Below are positions 13,176 to 25,400 of a stretch of 64,000 nucleotides of DNA, in pieces. The stretch comes from Neoechinorhynchus agilis (taxonomy: Eukaryota; Animalia; Acanthocephala): the NCBI GenBank assembly GCA_051530055.1, contig CM121342.1, positions 11,547,480-11,611,479 of the forward strand. Direction: 5' to 3'. Positions within the stretch are counted from its first letter, which is position 1; each line of letters opens with the position of its first letter. The position numbers were made by a program, and so were the translations under genes. The notes under the pieces are model-generated. The model was not told where the DNA came from, did not search any database, and saw only the letters and a list, made by a program, of their open reading frames with translations.

Positions 13176-14303
13176 ATGTCCACCACTATCGCCATAAAAA
13201 CTCATTGCCGTGATATGTATGCATTTCGTTACAAGTTACATTACTCATTCGTATTGAAAATAAAAACTGAAATAGCCACCCACCCATCGATCCACTTGTT
13301 TGTGACTTTGTCAATGGGAAAAAGATGTCCTCACACGACCGGAGATTCCTTCAAGATTGGAACACTTATTGTTCGATTCGACATAACACAACAAGCATTT
13401 AAATGGGAGTGCAGCGAGTGCAACTCGTCTGATACATTGTTAGTAAGTATTTTGGTTTAATTCTATGAAGAAACTCATCCCTCATTTGAAAGGCATGTTT
13501 GGAGTGCTCATTTATTGGTTGTGTAGAACAAGAATCAATACATCTTAGACAGCATATTCAATGCACAAACGTAAGCTTACTATTCACTGATTTGACATTA
13601 TAGTTAACTGTTTCAGCATTCATTGTTCATAGACGTTAAAACATGCACATACTTTTGGTAAGTATTAAAGAATTCGTGAAAGTTAGTCACTTATCGTTTA
13701 AGTGCACACTGCAACCGATGGCTTAACGAAGCAGATTTGAACGATGAACTGAAGGGCATTGGTAAACATCTAAAGGAAATTTTGGACCTGCGAAAAGGAT
13801 TTAAGTGATTTAGTTCTTTCTAAACTATAATAAATGATCTCTATTGTAATTGGAAAAGAATATCACGGTACGAATTCCAGCTTTACACTTAATATTCTGA
13901 AGAACGAAATACAACGACATCCCATGAAATCAGTTCGAAAGTCTTACGGAAATTTTTTGTAAAGCGAGTATAATCGAGTTTTATGAAGCGATGTACAAGA
14001 ACCGCAAACTTGTTTATTAAACAAACATTGATTTAAAACAAAAGTAAAGGCGCCGTGGTCCACACTAGAGACAATGTCCCAGTTAAAATTTGTGTGATGA
14101 AAACGATATCCTCAATTCGAAAACATCTCATTGGAGTCTCACAGGAACTACTGATTGGCGCAGTAATGCTTCGTAGTATTCTTGAAGAAAGTGATTTCTG
14201 TCGAATTGAATCTATCACAAAGAACCGAAATGGTCGCTTCGTGCAATTCTTCAAATCTGCAATTGATTCGAAACAAACTGTCGCACTTCTGGTGGTTTTG
14301 TAA
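13176..14303 (+). CDS. Putative multi-exon gene, product unknown, divergent from ARNT
   Basis: ATG at 13176, several strong donors (gtaagt 13443, gtaagc 13571, gtaagt 13658) with AT-rich short introns, and coding-like segments (WLNEADLNDELKGIGKHLKEILDLRKGF; ORF 14055-14303). I could not resolve the exon structure. Confidence 0.35.
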
Positions 14304-14574
14304 TCATCGCAAACCAAAATAAAAGTGGAATAAAGAAATACCGTCAACGAAATGACCGATAAAAACTGAAAATATTTTTCCATCTTCATTTGCCTTCCAC
14401 TAATCTAGATCAGTATACGCAATAAAATCCATAGTTTGTTGCCCTGGTTACAACAGTGATCACCACGACCTTCATTCGCCTTCATTAAGCCGAAAAGGCT
14501 TGCAAACACTCGAATTCACTGATTTTAGTTTTAAAGGGTTCGTTACTTACTTTTTTCAACAGAGTTCGAAAAAC

Positions 14575-14790
14575 GTCCACGTCACTGCTCTGGACCACTC
14601 AGCTGCCGTTCTAGTCGAAAGGACGAATACAGCGTTTCCCCCTGAATTCTCCTGCCTTAGGACCTTCAGTGATTCGCCCGAGTCTCTTGGATTTGACAAG
14701 GTTCTGCAACGAGCGGTCCAAACGATCTCTGATCATTTTGTTGGACAGAAATGTCTCAGGCTTGGGGTGGAAATACTGGAGAAACTCTAA
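14575..14790 (-). mobile_element. Degenerate 3'-end fragment of a CRE-clade non-LTR retrotransposon
   Basis: Shares ggaccactcagctgccgttct...gaaaggacg with the copies at 21.8 kb and 43.9 kb; minus-strand translation SKRLGRIT...RLERQLSG resembles the RLE C-terminus. Confidence 0.7.
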
Positions 14791-14982
14791 GCAGTGACGG
14801 CTATGGGCATCTCCTCCACTGTTCTGGGCATCGATGCCTTTTTTTTCAAATGATTAAACCTACTTAGATCGCTCTTTATGCTGATCGCATGAGAAATGCA
14901 ATTTTCTAAAGAATCGAATTTTAAGAGTATTGCTAATTGTGTTCTTATTGTCTCTGATGGTTTTGACTATTTATTTCTACCG

Positions 14983-16671
14983 TCACTCATCTTCTGTAGT
15001 AGCACCGTTGTCGTCCACGGGAAGAGTTTCTTCTTCTACAGTCCTTGATTCCTCAATCATGGGAGTCTTTTCCGTTTGTGGCATCGGCGGATTAGGTGCC
15101 ATTACTTGTGAATGTTGTGATACAACGAGAATTGGTGGATCTTTGGCGACCAACTTAGCCGACTCCCGATTAATTTGTCGAGTTTTCATCTTTTCAAGGA
15201 CATGGAACAAGAAGTCATTGACCTTCCGCGAGTTTTGGGCGGATGGTGAGAAGGATGTGCGTGTAGACCGAGCTAATCTAAGTGCTCGCCAGCTCCACGT
15301 TTCATCGGGAGCGATAAAATCCGATGGCTTCGCTTTCAGATCAAAGTTCTTAAGAGCACTGTCAAAGAAATCGGGAGACGCTGTGAGTTCCTGAATTGGA
15401 GTTTGCTCAGTTGACCAAAATGATTGCTGTTGTTGTCCTATTGTCCTCAGGACATTTTCACATTCTTGCTGTCTTTGAACTCTAGTTTTGGTCAACGGAA
15501 CAGGTATCGGTGTTTGTTGTGGATCAATGGAATGTTTCCTCTTCCTCGGTGTGGCATCACCCGGTTCAAGTTCCATCGCACTTGCCGGACACCCTCCGTT
15601 TTTCCACTCATTCCACGTCCGACACTCTCTGTCCAATAAAGAAGCTACCGTTTGACCGAGTTGCGGGTCTTCAGAACACTCACTGAGTAGCTCACAACAT
15701 CTTCGAAAGGCCCTGCCGATTTCGTCTGATTTTTCTTTGACCAGATCATCAGTTCGGAATTTCACAGGATCCGTGAAGTATCTACACGCGATCATTACCT
15801 GAATCAGGAATTGCTGACGAAAGAGAGGATCACTCATTTGAGTATCGAGATCATTTTCGTTTGTGAAAGTAGATGCGTTCGCCGGTCTATGCTCCTGATT
15901 TCTTAAACATTGCTCGGGAGCTAGTTTGTAGCTGTAGAAACAGTCCAAAACATAATTTAAACTGTCCATGAATGCATCCCATCTTCTCATTGCGGACGAT
16001 GGATCGATCAAGAAAGATTGGAGTGTATTAAAATGGTCAGATATGCGATTTGTGGTCTCCTTTTCGTCTTCATCGTCTTCCTCGGACTTCGCCGCAGTCA
16101 CATGATCGCTAATACGCTCCTGATTGAAGGCAGACGTAAGATTGAGAGCACTTTTCTCGGTTATGGGGTACAAACGAGCAAGAAATATTTGTATGCGTCC
16201 ACAGAACTTAGTCATATGAACACGGCAAACTCGTTTAAGGAGATCATTACACGCCCTGAGAAGGTTGTTTTTGCTTGCGGCGAAGAAAATAGTTGATTTC
16301 CAAACGTCTGTATAAGCTTCAATGATGGTGAAGACCGTGTGAAAGCATTCCTCAACGGTGCTTGTGTTCAAAGAATCTGTCACGATCATCGAGGGGACTT
16401 GCGGACCCAAAGTATCAGCCTCTACGGCATTTACGCTTAATTTAAGCAAACGATCGAGTACGATATACAGATCAGAAGAAGACAGTCGAGCTGAGCACTG
16501 TTCAATTGCTAGATAACGGAATGTGAGTTCAAGTGCGTGTCGATCGTCCGTTTCCTTCGGGAGAGTAGCTGAGATCTCCTCTGGTGATGGAAGGTCATTG
16601 TCTGGCGACAAAATCGCTGAACGAAGCAAACTTGATGTTTCAGCGTATAACAGGTCACCGCTGAATACCAT
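14983..16671 (-). CDS. THOC1: THO complex subunit 1 (Hpr1), single exon, 562 aa
   Basis: VWKSTIFFAASKNNLLRACNDLLKRVCRVHMTKFCGRIQIFLARLYPITEKSALNLTSAFN; DPLFRQQFLIQVMI; LDRECRTWNEWKNGGCP. Confidence 0.95.
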   Translation of the reverse strand: MVFSGDLLYAETSSLLRSAILSPDNDLPSPEEISATLPKETDDRHALELTFRYLAIEQCSARLSSSDLYIVLDRLLKLSVNAVEADTLGPQVPSMIVTDSLNTSTVEECFHTVFTIIEAYTDVWKSTIFFAASKNNLLRACNDLLKRVCRVHMTKFCGRIQIFLARLYPITEKSALNLTSAFNQERISDHVTAAKSEEDDEDEKETTNRISDHFNTLQSFLIDPSSAMRRWDAFMDSLNYVLDCFYSYKLAPEQCLRNQEHRPANASTFTNENDLDTQMSDPLFRQQFLIQVMIACRYFTDPVKFRTDDLVKEKSDEIGRAFRRCCELLSECSEDPQLGQTVASLLDRECRTWNEWKNGGCPASAMELEPGDATPRKRKHSIDPQQTPIPVPLTKTRVQRQQECENVLRTIGQQQQSFWSTEQTPIQELTASPDFFDSALKNFDLKAKPSDFIAPDETWSWRALRLARSTRTSFSPSAQNSRKVNDFLFHVLEKMKTRQINRESAKLVAKDPPILVVSQHSQVMAPNPPMPQTEKTPMIEESRTVEEETLPVDDNGATTEDE

Positions 16672-17099
16672 TGCAGTGTCTAAAGATTCAGCGCAGTGAT
16701 CTCAACGACGCGTAAAACAATGGATGGAAAATATTCGATTGAATCATCGAAAGAGAAAATCCTACGGATAACCAAATTATAATTGCGATGAGCATATTCC
16801 CTCGGGCATCCTTAGAATAAGAAAATGTTCGGTTATTGGAACAGTCTGAATTTGGCAATGAATGAACAAGAATCAATAGTCTACACATTTACCAAAATCG
16901 GTAGATGCGAATGTTAACAAGGTTTTAGTCTCGGGCATATAATAAGATTTCTCTGAATTTTTTGCGCCCCTCACGATGTAATCTCTAGAATCGATTATAT
17001 GTTATTCACAAAATCTTTCTATTCCTCTAAAACGTAATTTTATCCTCTGACTGGTGTACCTCAGGGTTTGCCGCTTTCTCAATTTCTACTTTCTTTGGG

Positions 17100-17298
17100 T
17101 AGTTTTTCCACCTCGGATTTAAGTTAACTAATTTATTTCCCCGATATTTCACGTTGGATAATTCCGACATTTTACCAAGGTTTATCATTGTTTGAAAGTC
17201 TTTTTAACTGCGAATGCAAAAAACTTACATGCAATGACATCCGACGTGAAATATCGGGGAAACAAATTAGTTAACTTAAATCCGAGGTGGAAAAACTA
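17100..17298. mobile_element. MITE-like element, copy 1 (TA-flanked, ~60-bp terminal inverted repeats)
   Basis: gtttttccacctcggatttaagttaactaatttatttccccgatatttcacgttggat (17102-17160) is the near-perfect reverse complement of 17240-17296. TA lies at 17100-01 and 17297-98. Confidence 0.85.
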
Positions 17299-17800
17299 CC
17301 AAAATTAAGTATCTTTTACCCGGAAGATAATAATCGAAGATAATAAAATTTTAAAATTATTGCCTTATTGAAATGCTATGCTGATGGCATAACTCCTTTA
17401 TATCTAATTTCATTTTTATCTACAACGAACCCATCAAAAAATTGTATTTGTAAAATGTCCACTCCAATCGGTTTCGTAAAGATCTTAAGTTCGTATTCAA
17501 TAATATTATGTAAACGATTCCCTAACAGTTTGATCAAAATTTACGTATCCCCGGGCACACTTTCAATGTTAATCTTTCACCCAAGATTGATGTTAATAAA
17601 ATGAAAAACTTTTAAAAATGTTTCTTGATCATGGAGAAATTGACGGAATTTCGATTAAGTTTGATTGTTTTCCGAGCCATAATCGCACAAGATTGTGCCG
17701 AGATATCAAATTCAAGAAATTCCTTCAGTTATTTCGCAACGAAAAAATAAAATGTGTCTTGGATTATTTTCTTTGCAGGGAAAATATACTTTCTTTTTCT

Positions 17801-18065
17801 TAGTTTTACCACTTCGGATTCTAAAATTGACCGATGATTTATTTCCCCGGTATTTCACGCCGGATAATTCCAACAACTTCCCAAGGTTTGCCATTGTTAA
17901 ATTATTGAAAAAAGAAAGTTATATTGCTTTTTCGAAATGAACGTTCGTAAGTGAAAACGATAATAACAACAATGATAAACGTTCGGAAAATGTCGGAATT
18001 ATCCGAGAGGTGAAATAGTGCGGAAATAAATCATAGGTGAATTTTTGAATCCGACGGAATTTTGG
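17801..18065. mobile_element. MITE-like element, copy 2 (more diverged)
   Basis: Begins TA-gttttaccacttcggatt...atttatttccccggtatttcacg, shares the internal ccaaggttt..cattgtt, and has a diverged inverted right arm (cggaattatccg...gtgaaatagtgcggaaataaatca...aatccga). Confidence 0.7.
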
Positions 18066-18827
18066 TTAAGTTCGATTGTTTTCCGAGCCACCACCGCCGA
18101 ATATGATCACCACAATTCTAATTTGATTGAATTGACGAGTGACAATGAAACAAATGAATATTTCAATTCAAAACATTTTTTATTCGGCGATCACAGCATT
18201 TCTATTATCCCGAGCGATTTTCTTTTGATGATTAGCAAGATATTCTTGATTAATTCAAAACATATCCCACAATGTGCTACCGTTTCACATCGCAAAACTG
18301 AAAAAATGCGTATTATCAGAATAACCAAACCGTAAACCTTTTTCCTACAAAACTCCCTTATTGAGTCGCATTCAAATGCGCGCTCATGAATACGAAAGAA
18401 TTTCATAAATAACCACTGATAATAGACGAGAATTTGATTTTTGCGATCAATGGTTTGAGACTGTACATCTTACGATCTAAAGGGCTTTTAAGCGTTGTGT
18501 GCGATTTCTTAGTTTTTCAATATTACTTTCATGGCATTCTAAACTGTTTGTTATCTATTTGTATGGCGTGTTTTATCGGGATATGTCTGGTCGTTTCTCA
18601 GATTCGTCACTTATCGATAACCTCCAAATTCACCGTCGGTGAATATTTTTTAATGATTCTTCCATAGGTGGATTCTTTCGTACTTTTTAGTCGTGTTCAC
18701 GAGCGTGTCCTTTCGTGTGGTGCTAGAAATTATTTTTCGCATTTTCTCGGAAAGAACGTCACCTTATTGGTGAAACGTCACAGATTCGATTTTTCAAATT
18801 TAAAATCGTTCCAGATAAGCCGAATCG

Positions 18828-21187
18828 ATGCCGAAGCGAACGCGATCAACGACTTCTTCGAATGCAGAGGAGGTGAGCGTTTCTTCTTTTTTTTCTAAAC
18901 TGCAAATAACGCGCTTCCTTCAGGTGCCAAAATCAACTCGAGTGCTTCGTTCTGCAGCCCGGACCACTGTAGCATCTCCACAGCGGACGCCTCGAACGCG
19001 CCGTGGTAGAGCCCGTAAGCGATCTCCTGCTGAAGAGGAGGCGACGGAAATTTGTCAGCATCCAGAGAGTATAAAAGGTGTTGGCGATCACGTGGAAAGT
19101 GAGCTCGTTTTGTCCGAAGAACCGTCTCAAAAGCGAGCAAGGGATGATTGTTCGAACGAAATGGACGAGAAGGTGGTCACAGTGGTTGTTGAGGAGCACA
19201 TTGAAGTCGTTGAGCCTTCAATCACGATTGGCAGGGATGTCTCTGATGACGTCATCGAGCATAAAGTGTCAGAAATTGCCACAAAGGAAGAAGAGTTGAA
19301 GAATGTGACTGAATTGTCCATGAGTATTGACCACACAAAAACGAAAGACGAAGAATGTTCAAGTAAAAAAGTTCAAATTGAAACAATTGCCGAAGAGGAT
19401 ATTGGTGATGTTCAGGATACCAAATCGGGCGAAAGATTTCCCGACTGTACATCACATAAAGAGGAAGAAGACAAATTGGACACGAAGATGAACAAAGAAA
19501 GTGAAGATTTATGGGTTGAATGTGGTAATGTTAAACAAAGAATTCTTAGGCAAAAACTAGCCTTTTTTAAACTACCATTTAGAAAAAAGCGCCGCTCCAC
19601 TTGAAGATCGATGGGTTGAGATGGTCGTTAAAGAACCCCCCGAATCGAAGAACGTGTCTAGAAGTTCCGAAGAATGGGCTGAGAAAGAGAGCAGTGTTGT
19701 TCACGTAAGGACTAAGTGCGAAGTTTCCGCAAATGAGTCAAAGGAAGATGATCATCTTGTGTTGGACTCTATTCAAGTTGAAGGAATTGAATTAAACTAC
19801 GAAGGAGATGACGAGCCTAGGTTTGTTTGCTCGTGATCTTCTCCTTTACCGATTTTGAACAGGCTTGTCAGTGACGTCACCGCCGTCTCTAAAGATGCGG
19901 TGTGTGGTGTTGAATCTGGGCAGAAGAAAAAGAAGCGGGATTCTTTAGGTTCAATGGAAGATGCCCGTAAGAAGAGTTTTAGGTCATCGGAAAAGGAAGA
20001 AGATGCGAAGAAAGGAGATGACGACGAGATTCCATTCATTGACCGAACAGATACAAATCTGCATCTAACGACATCCAAACTCAAGGTATTCTTCACTCTC
20101 CTTAGTTTTACAATTTCTCGTATTCTTCAAGGAAATGATCCGCACTACCGCATTCAAATACGATCCGAACAACACTGAATTCACTGAAAAAGGAGGTGAG
20201 TACACTTGGAAAAGTCTCGGCGGAATCCATGGCAAAATAGGCGGAGGCGAAGAACAAAAATCAGCGAAGAAACGAATGCAAAAGCGTGAAAGTTCGCCAT
20301 TGAACCCTCCGTCCAGTCAACTGCATGTTCGAGGTCTTGTTAGACCATTTACAATTGTTCAACTCAAAGCCGAGTTGAACAGATTCGCACCAATGATCGA
20401 ATCTGATTTCTGGATATTCAGGTGTTTCTCAACACAAAGTGCAGAGGGCGCCGTAGCACTGATCTAATCTTTGGTTCGTATGAAAACGCCATATTAACCC
20501 CAACTTTACTACTAGTTTTCCTTCTTCTTTTTAAATTCTAATACCTTTTGATGAAATTGCGCCCAATGACGTCTCTATTGGTTCCTCGTTTTGAGAACTG
20601 CCAGATTAGACCGCATAAAATCGCACTGTTTTGTCCGGTATGAGTCCGTAGATGAGGCAAGGACCGTAAGAGAGAAGCTACATAAATGCCGCTGGCCTGC
20701 AAGTAGTCCTCAGATTCTAAAGATCGACTTCGCTCGTCCTGGCGATCGTGAATACTACGAGAACAAGGAGTCGGGCACTGCAAATAGGCATTTGGTAGCT
20801 CCAGTACGTGAATGGGATATTCCTAAGCTGAAAAAGCGAAGTGAAGAAGCGATTGAAGATGTTAATGAAAAGAAAGTCACCACTCCACCCCGCCGGAGTC
20901 CGCCAGCAGCCAAAGAACAGGACGACCAGAAGAGTCAAAGTATATTGTTGGATAAATTATTCCGTAAGACGCTTTCAAAGCCTTCTATCTACTGGCTTCC
21001 AATATCCGATGAAGAAGTGAGTAGACGGCGTGTAGCGATCGAAGATCATTGTCGATCAATGAAGCTAAGAAAGATTCGGAGGCGGCAGGAGGATGATGAG
21101 TTTCACAGTCGAAACCAACGTCCACCGAGAGGATATTATTCACGAAGAAGGCGGTCTCCTTCACCGAGACCAAGGAGGCGATATTGA
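18828..21187 (+). CDS. ACIN1: Acinus (apoptotic chromatin condensation inducer, ASAP/EJC component), about 6 exons
   Basis: LHLTTSKLK|EMI; RRM QLHVRGLVRPFTIVQLKAEL...FWI..DRIKSHCFVRY...LHKCRWPASSPQILKIDFA; RSB motif LLDKLFRKTLSKPSIYWLPISDEEV; RS-rich tail. Four short GT-AG introns join in phase; the fifth (~20417-20608) is unusual. Confidence 0.93.
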
Positions 21188-21763
21188 TTGGAGCATGTGA
21201 TTGTGCGAGTGTATGAGCATATATTTAGAGAAACGTAACATAATGAATTGCATGCAATTGTTCAGGTCTCTAAAAATCTTTAATATACGAGAGAAATGTT
21301 TCATTCTATTGCTCCTGTCTTGATGATGGAGATGAGGAAAAAGAACTCGAAGTATTTTTTCCGCGCTATTAGATTTCCTAAAAGCCATTCTCGGTTAGTC
21401 TTTCTGTTTTAAATAAGACTAAAGAAATAGCAATGATACACTTATAATGGAGCATTTCAAGATTCTAAAACACACACAAAGGAGACCAATTCTTTTAAAT
21501 TATTCAAGTCATAGTTTCTGAAGTGAAATCGTTATAACCTACAAGAGTATTTAGATTGTCATTGATTGCGTTTAATTATAATATGATGTCCAAACGAAGA
21601 TCATCGATCTTTGGAATGAATTTACTCCATGCTGAAAATCCATGCCATTATTTGACTCGAAATATTTTTATCTTTGTTGACGTTACATTCTTTTTAAGAT
21701 ACGCAAATTATATAATAACGTCTAGTTTATTAAAGCAAAAAACACACACTGAGAAATCCATAA

Positions 21764-21975
21764 CAGAAATCATTCATGCCGCCGCACAGGATCACTCAGC
21801 TGCCGTCCTGGTGTAACGGTAGAAATGACGGATTCAGCGTTCTCTCATTTGCTCTGTTTTCAAGGATTAATGCTATTAATCTCGGATCGCCAGTGATTCG
21901 TCTCAACCTCTTAGACAATTGCTCGACCAGGTCCTACGCCGCGGAACCAAACGACCCGGGTGTCCCGACGCCAAG
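21764..21975 (-). mobile_element. CRE-clade retrotransposon 3'-end fragment
   Basis: Minus translation GVGTPGSFGSAA*DLVEQLSKRLRRITGDPR; nucleotide match to the 43900-44110 copy including the terminal tgaatgatttctg. Confidence 0.8.
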
Positions 21976-21976
21976 G

Positions 21977-22315
21977 AAGAGCGGATGTCATTTGACGCTT
22001 GCCAGAAATCCCAGAAAAAACGAACAGTAAACATTAACGCTGCATTTATCTTGGCTTCGAATGGCGTCGTCAGAGTACACAAAGAACTCCGGGTTCAAGA
22101 TAAGGCAGCGTATTTTTACGGATACCATTTAACTCGTGCAATGGGAAACGTCCAAGCATACAATCTGGGATCTCGACGAGTATTGATAATATCAGTAACC
22201 CGGAGTTCTTTGTGTACTCTGACGACGCCATTCGAAGCCAAGATAAATGCAGCGTTAATGTTCACTGTTCGTTTTTTTTGGGATTTTTGGCAAGCGTCAA
22301 ATGACATCCGCTCTT
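21977..22315. repeat. Foldback / long inverted repeat: ~119-bp arms with ~100-bp spacer
   Basis: 21977-22095 is a near-perfect reverse complement of 22197-22315; the ORF track shows the same peptide (MSFDACQKSQKKRTVNINAAF...) on both strands. Confidence 0.92.
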
Positions 22316-22458
22316 ACCTTTACTAAGTGAATGGGCTCCGGCTCAGGAAAGTCAATTAATTGCTGTTGTCCTTTGCGAGCGATCGTTTTTGGACGGATGG
22401 CCACCAGTTTTCTATGTGTCTGGTATCATTGGAATAGTCTATAAGATTACATGGGCAC

Positions 22459-25400
22459 CGTAGATTTTTCAGATCGTAATTGCTTTGGATTTTTTCTTAA
22501 ATGTTTTTACGAGCACCGATATCTCGACTGTAGCCTAAAATGAATTCATTCTTCCACTCGTATTGTTGGCTATTCGTAGATTTTTCAGATCTCAATTGCT
22601 TTGGATTTTTTCTCAAATGTTTTTACTAGCACAGATATCTCGGCTGTAGCCTAAAATGAATTCATTCTTCCACTCTTATTCTTGGCTATTAGTAGATTTT
22701 TCAGATCTCAATTGCTTTGGATTTTTTCTGAAATGTTTTTAATGGCACGGATATCTTGGCTGTAGCCTAAAATGAATTCATTCTTCCACTCGTATTGTTT
22801 GCTATACCTAGAATTTTCAGATCTCAATTGCTTCGGATTTTTTCTTAGATATTTTTACCAGCACCGATATCTCGGCTGTAGCCTAAAATGAATTCATTCT
22901 TCCACTCGTATTGTTGGCTATTCGTAGATTTTTCAGATCTAAATTGCTTTGGATTTTTTCTTAAATATTTTTAATGGCACGGATATCTCGGCTGTAGCCT
23001 AAAATGAATTCATTCTTCCACTCGTATTGTTGGCTATTCGTAGATTTTTCAGATCTAAATTGCTTTGGATTTTTTCTTAAATATTTTTAATGGCACGGAT
23101 ATCTCGGCTGTAGCCTAAAATGAATTCATTCTTCCACTCGTATTGTTGGCTATTCGTAGATTTTTAAGATCTAAATTGCTTTGGATTTTTCCCTAAATGT
23201 TTTTACGATCACCGATATTTCGACTGTAGCCTAAAATGAATTAATTCTTCCACTCTTATTGTTTGCTATTCCTAGAATTTTTAGATCTCAATTGCTTGGG
23301 ATTTTTCCCTAAATGTTTTTACTAGCACCGATATCTCGGCTGTAGCCTAAAATGAATTCATTCTTCCACTCGTATTGTTGGCTATTCGTAGATTTTTCAG
23401 ATCTCAATTGCTTTGGATTTTTTCTTAAATGTTTTTTCTGGCACCGAAAATCTTGGCTGTAGCCTAAAATGAATTCATTCTTCCACTCGTATTGTTGGAT
23501 ATTCGTAGAATTTTCAGATCTCAATTGCTTTGGATTTTTCCCTAAATGTTTTTACGATCACCGATATCTCGACTGTAGCCTAAAATGAATTCATTCTTCC
23601 ACTCTTATTGTTTGCTATTCTTAGAATTTTAAGATCTCAATTACTTTGGATTTTTCCCTAAATGTTTTTACTAGCACAGATATCTCGGCTGTAGCCTAAA
23701 ATGAATTCATTCTTCCACTCTTATTCTTGGCTATTAGTAGATTTTTCAGATCTCAATTGCTTTGGATTTTTTCTGAAATGTTTTTAATGGCACGGATATC
23801 TTGGCTGTAGCCTAAAATGAATTCATTCTTCCACTCGTATTGTTTGCTATACCTAGAATTTTCAGATCTCAATTGCTTCGGATTTTTTCTTAGATATTTT
23901 TACCAGCACCGATATCTCGGCTGAGCCTAAAAAAATTCTTCCACTCATTGGCTATCTAGTTTTAGATCTAATTTGATTTTCAATTTTTTAAGCACCGATA
24001 TCTCGGCTGTAGCCTAAAATGAATTCATTCTTCCACTCGTATTGTTGGCTATTCGTAGATTTTTCAGATCTAAATTGCTTTGGATTTTTTCTTAAATATT
24101 TTTAATGGCACGGATATCTCGGCTGTAGCCTAAAATGAATTCATTCTTCCACTCGTATTGTTGGCTATTCGTAGATTTTTCAGATCTAAATTGCTTTGGA
24201 TTTTTCCCTAAATGTTTTTACGATCACCGATATTTCGACTGTAGCCTAAAATGAATTCATTCTTCCACTCTTATTGTTTGCTATTCCTAGAATTTTTAGA
24301 TCTCAATTGCTTTGGATTTTTCCCTAAATGTTTTTACTAGCACCGATATCTCGGCTGTAGCCTAAAATGAATTCATTCTTCCACTCGTATTGTTGGCTAT
24401 TCGTAGATTTTTCAGATCTCAATTGCTTTGGATTTTTTCTTAAATGTTTTTCTGGCACCGAAAATCTTGGCTGTAGCCTAAAATGAATTCATTCTTCCAC
24501 TCGTATTGTTCGATATTCGTAGAATTTTCAGATCTCAATTGCTTTTGATTTTTCCCTAAATGTTTTTACGATCACCGATATCTCGACTGTAGCCTAAAAT
24601 GAATTCATTCTTCAACTCTTATTGTTTGCTATTCCTAGAATTTTCAGATCTCAATCACTTTGGATTTTTCCCTAAATGTTTTTACTAGCACCGATATCTC
24701 GGCTGTAGCCTAAAATGAATTCATTCTTCCACTCGTATTGTTGGCTATTCGTAGATTTTTATGATCTCAATTGCTTTGGATTTTTTCTTAGATGTTTTTT
24801 CTGGAACTGAAAATCTTGGCTGTAGCCTAAAATGAATTCATTCTTCCACTCGTATTGTTGGCTATTCCTAGAATTTTCAGATCTCAATTGCTTCGGATTT
24901 TTCCCTAAATGTTTTTACTAGCACCGATATCTCGGCTGTAGCCTAAAATGAATTCATTCTTCCACTCGTATTGTTGGCTATTCGTAGATTTTTCAGATCT
25001 CAATTGCTTTGGATTTTTTCTTACATGTTTTTACTAAAACCGATATCTGGGCTGTAGTAAAATTAATTCATTCTTCCAATTTTATTGTTGGCTATTCGTA
25101 GATTTTTCAGATCTAAATTGCTTTGGATTTTTCCCTAAATGTTTTTACGATCACCGATATTTCGACTGTAGCCTAAAATGAATTCATTCTTCCACTCTTA
25201 TTGATTGCTATTCCTAGAATTTTCAGATCTCAATTGCTTTGGATTTTTCCCTAAATGTTTTTACTAGCACCGATATCTCGGCTGTAGCCTAAAATGAATT
25301 CATTCTTCCACTCTTATTCTTGGCTATTAGTAGATTTTTCAGATCTCAGTTGCTTTGGATTTTTTCTTAAATATTTTTAATGGCACGGATATCTCGGTTG

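Noticed and set aside
23920-24000. Shortened satellite-A monomers (and short deletions in satellite B near 32900-33270 and 33820-34010)
   Set aside because: Scattered 1-4 nt deletions confined to single units look like long-read consensus errors rather than biology.
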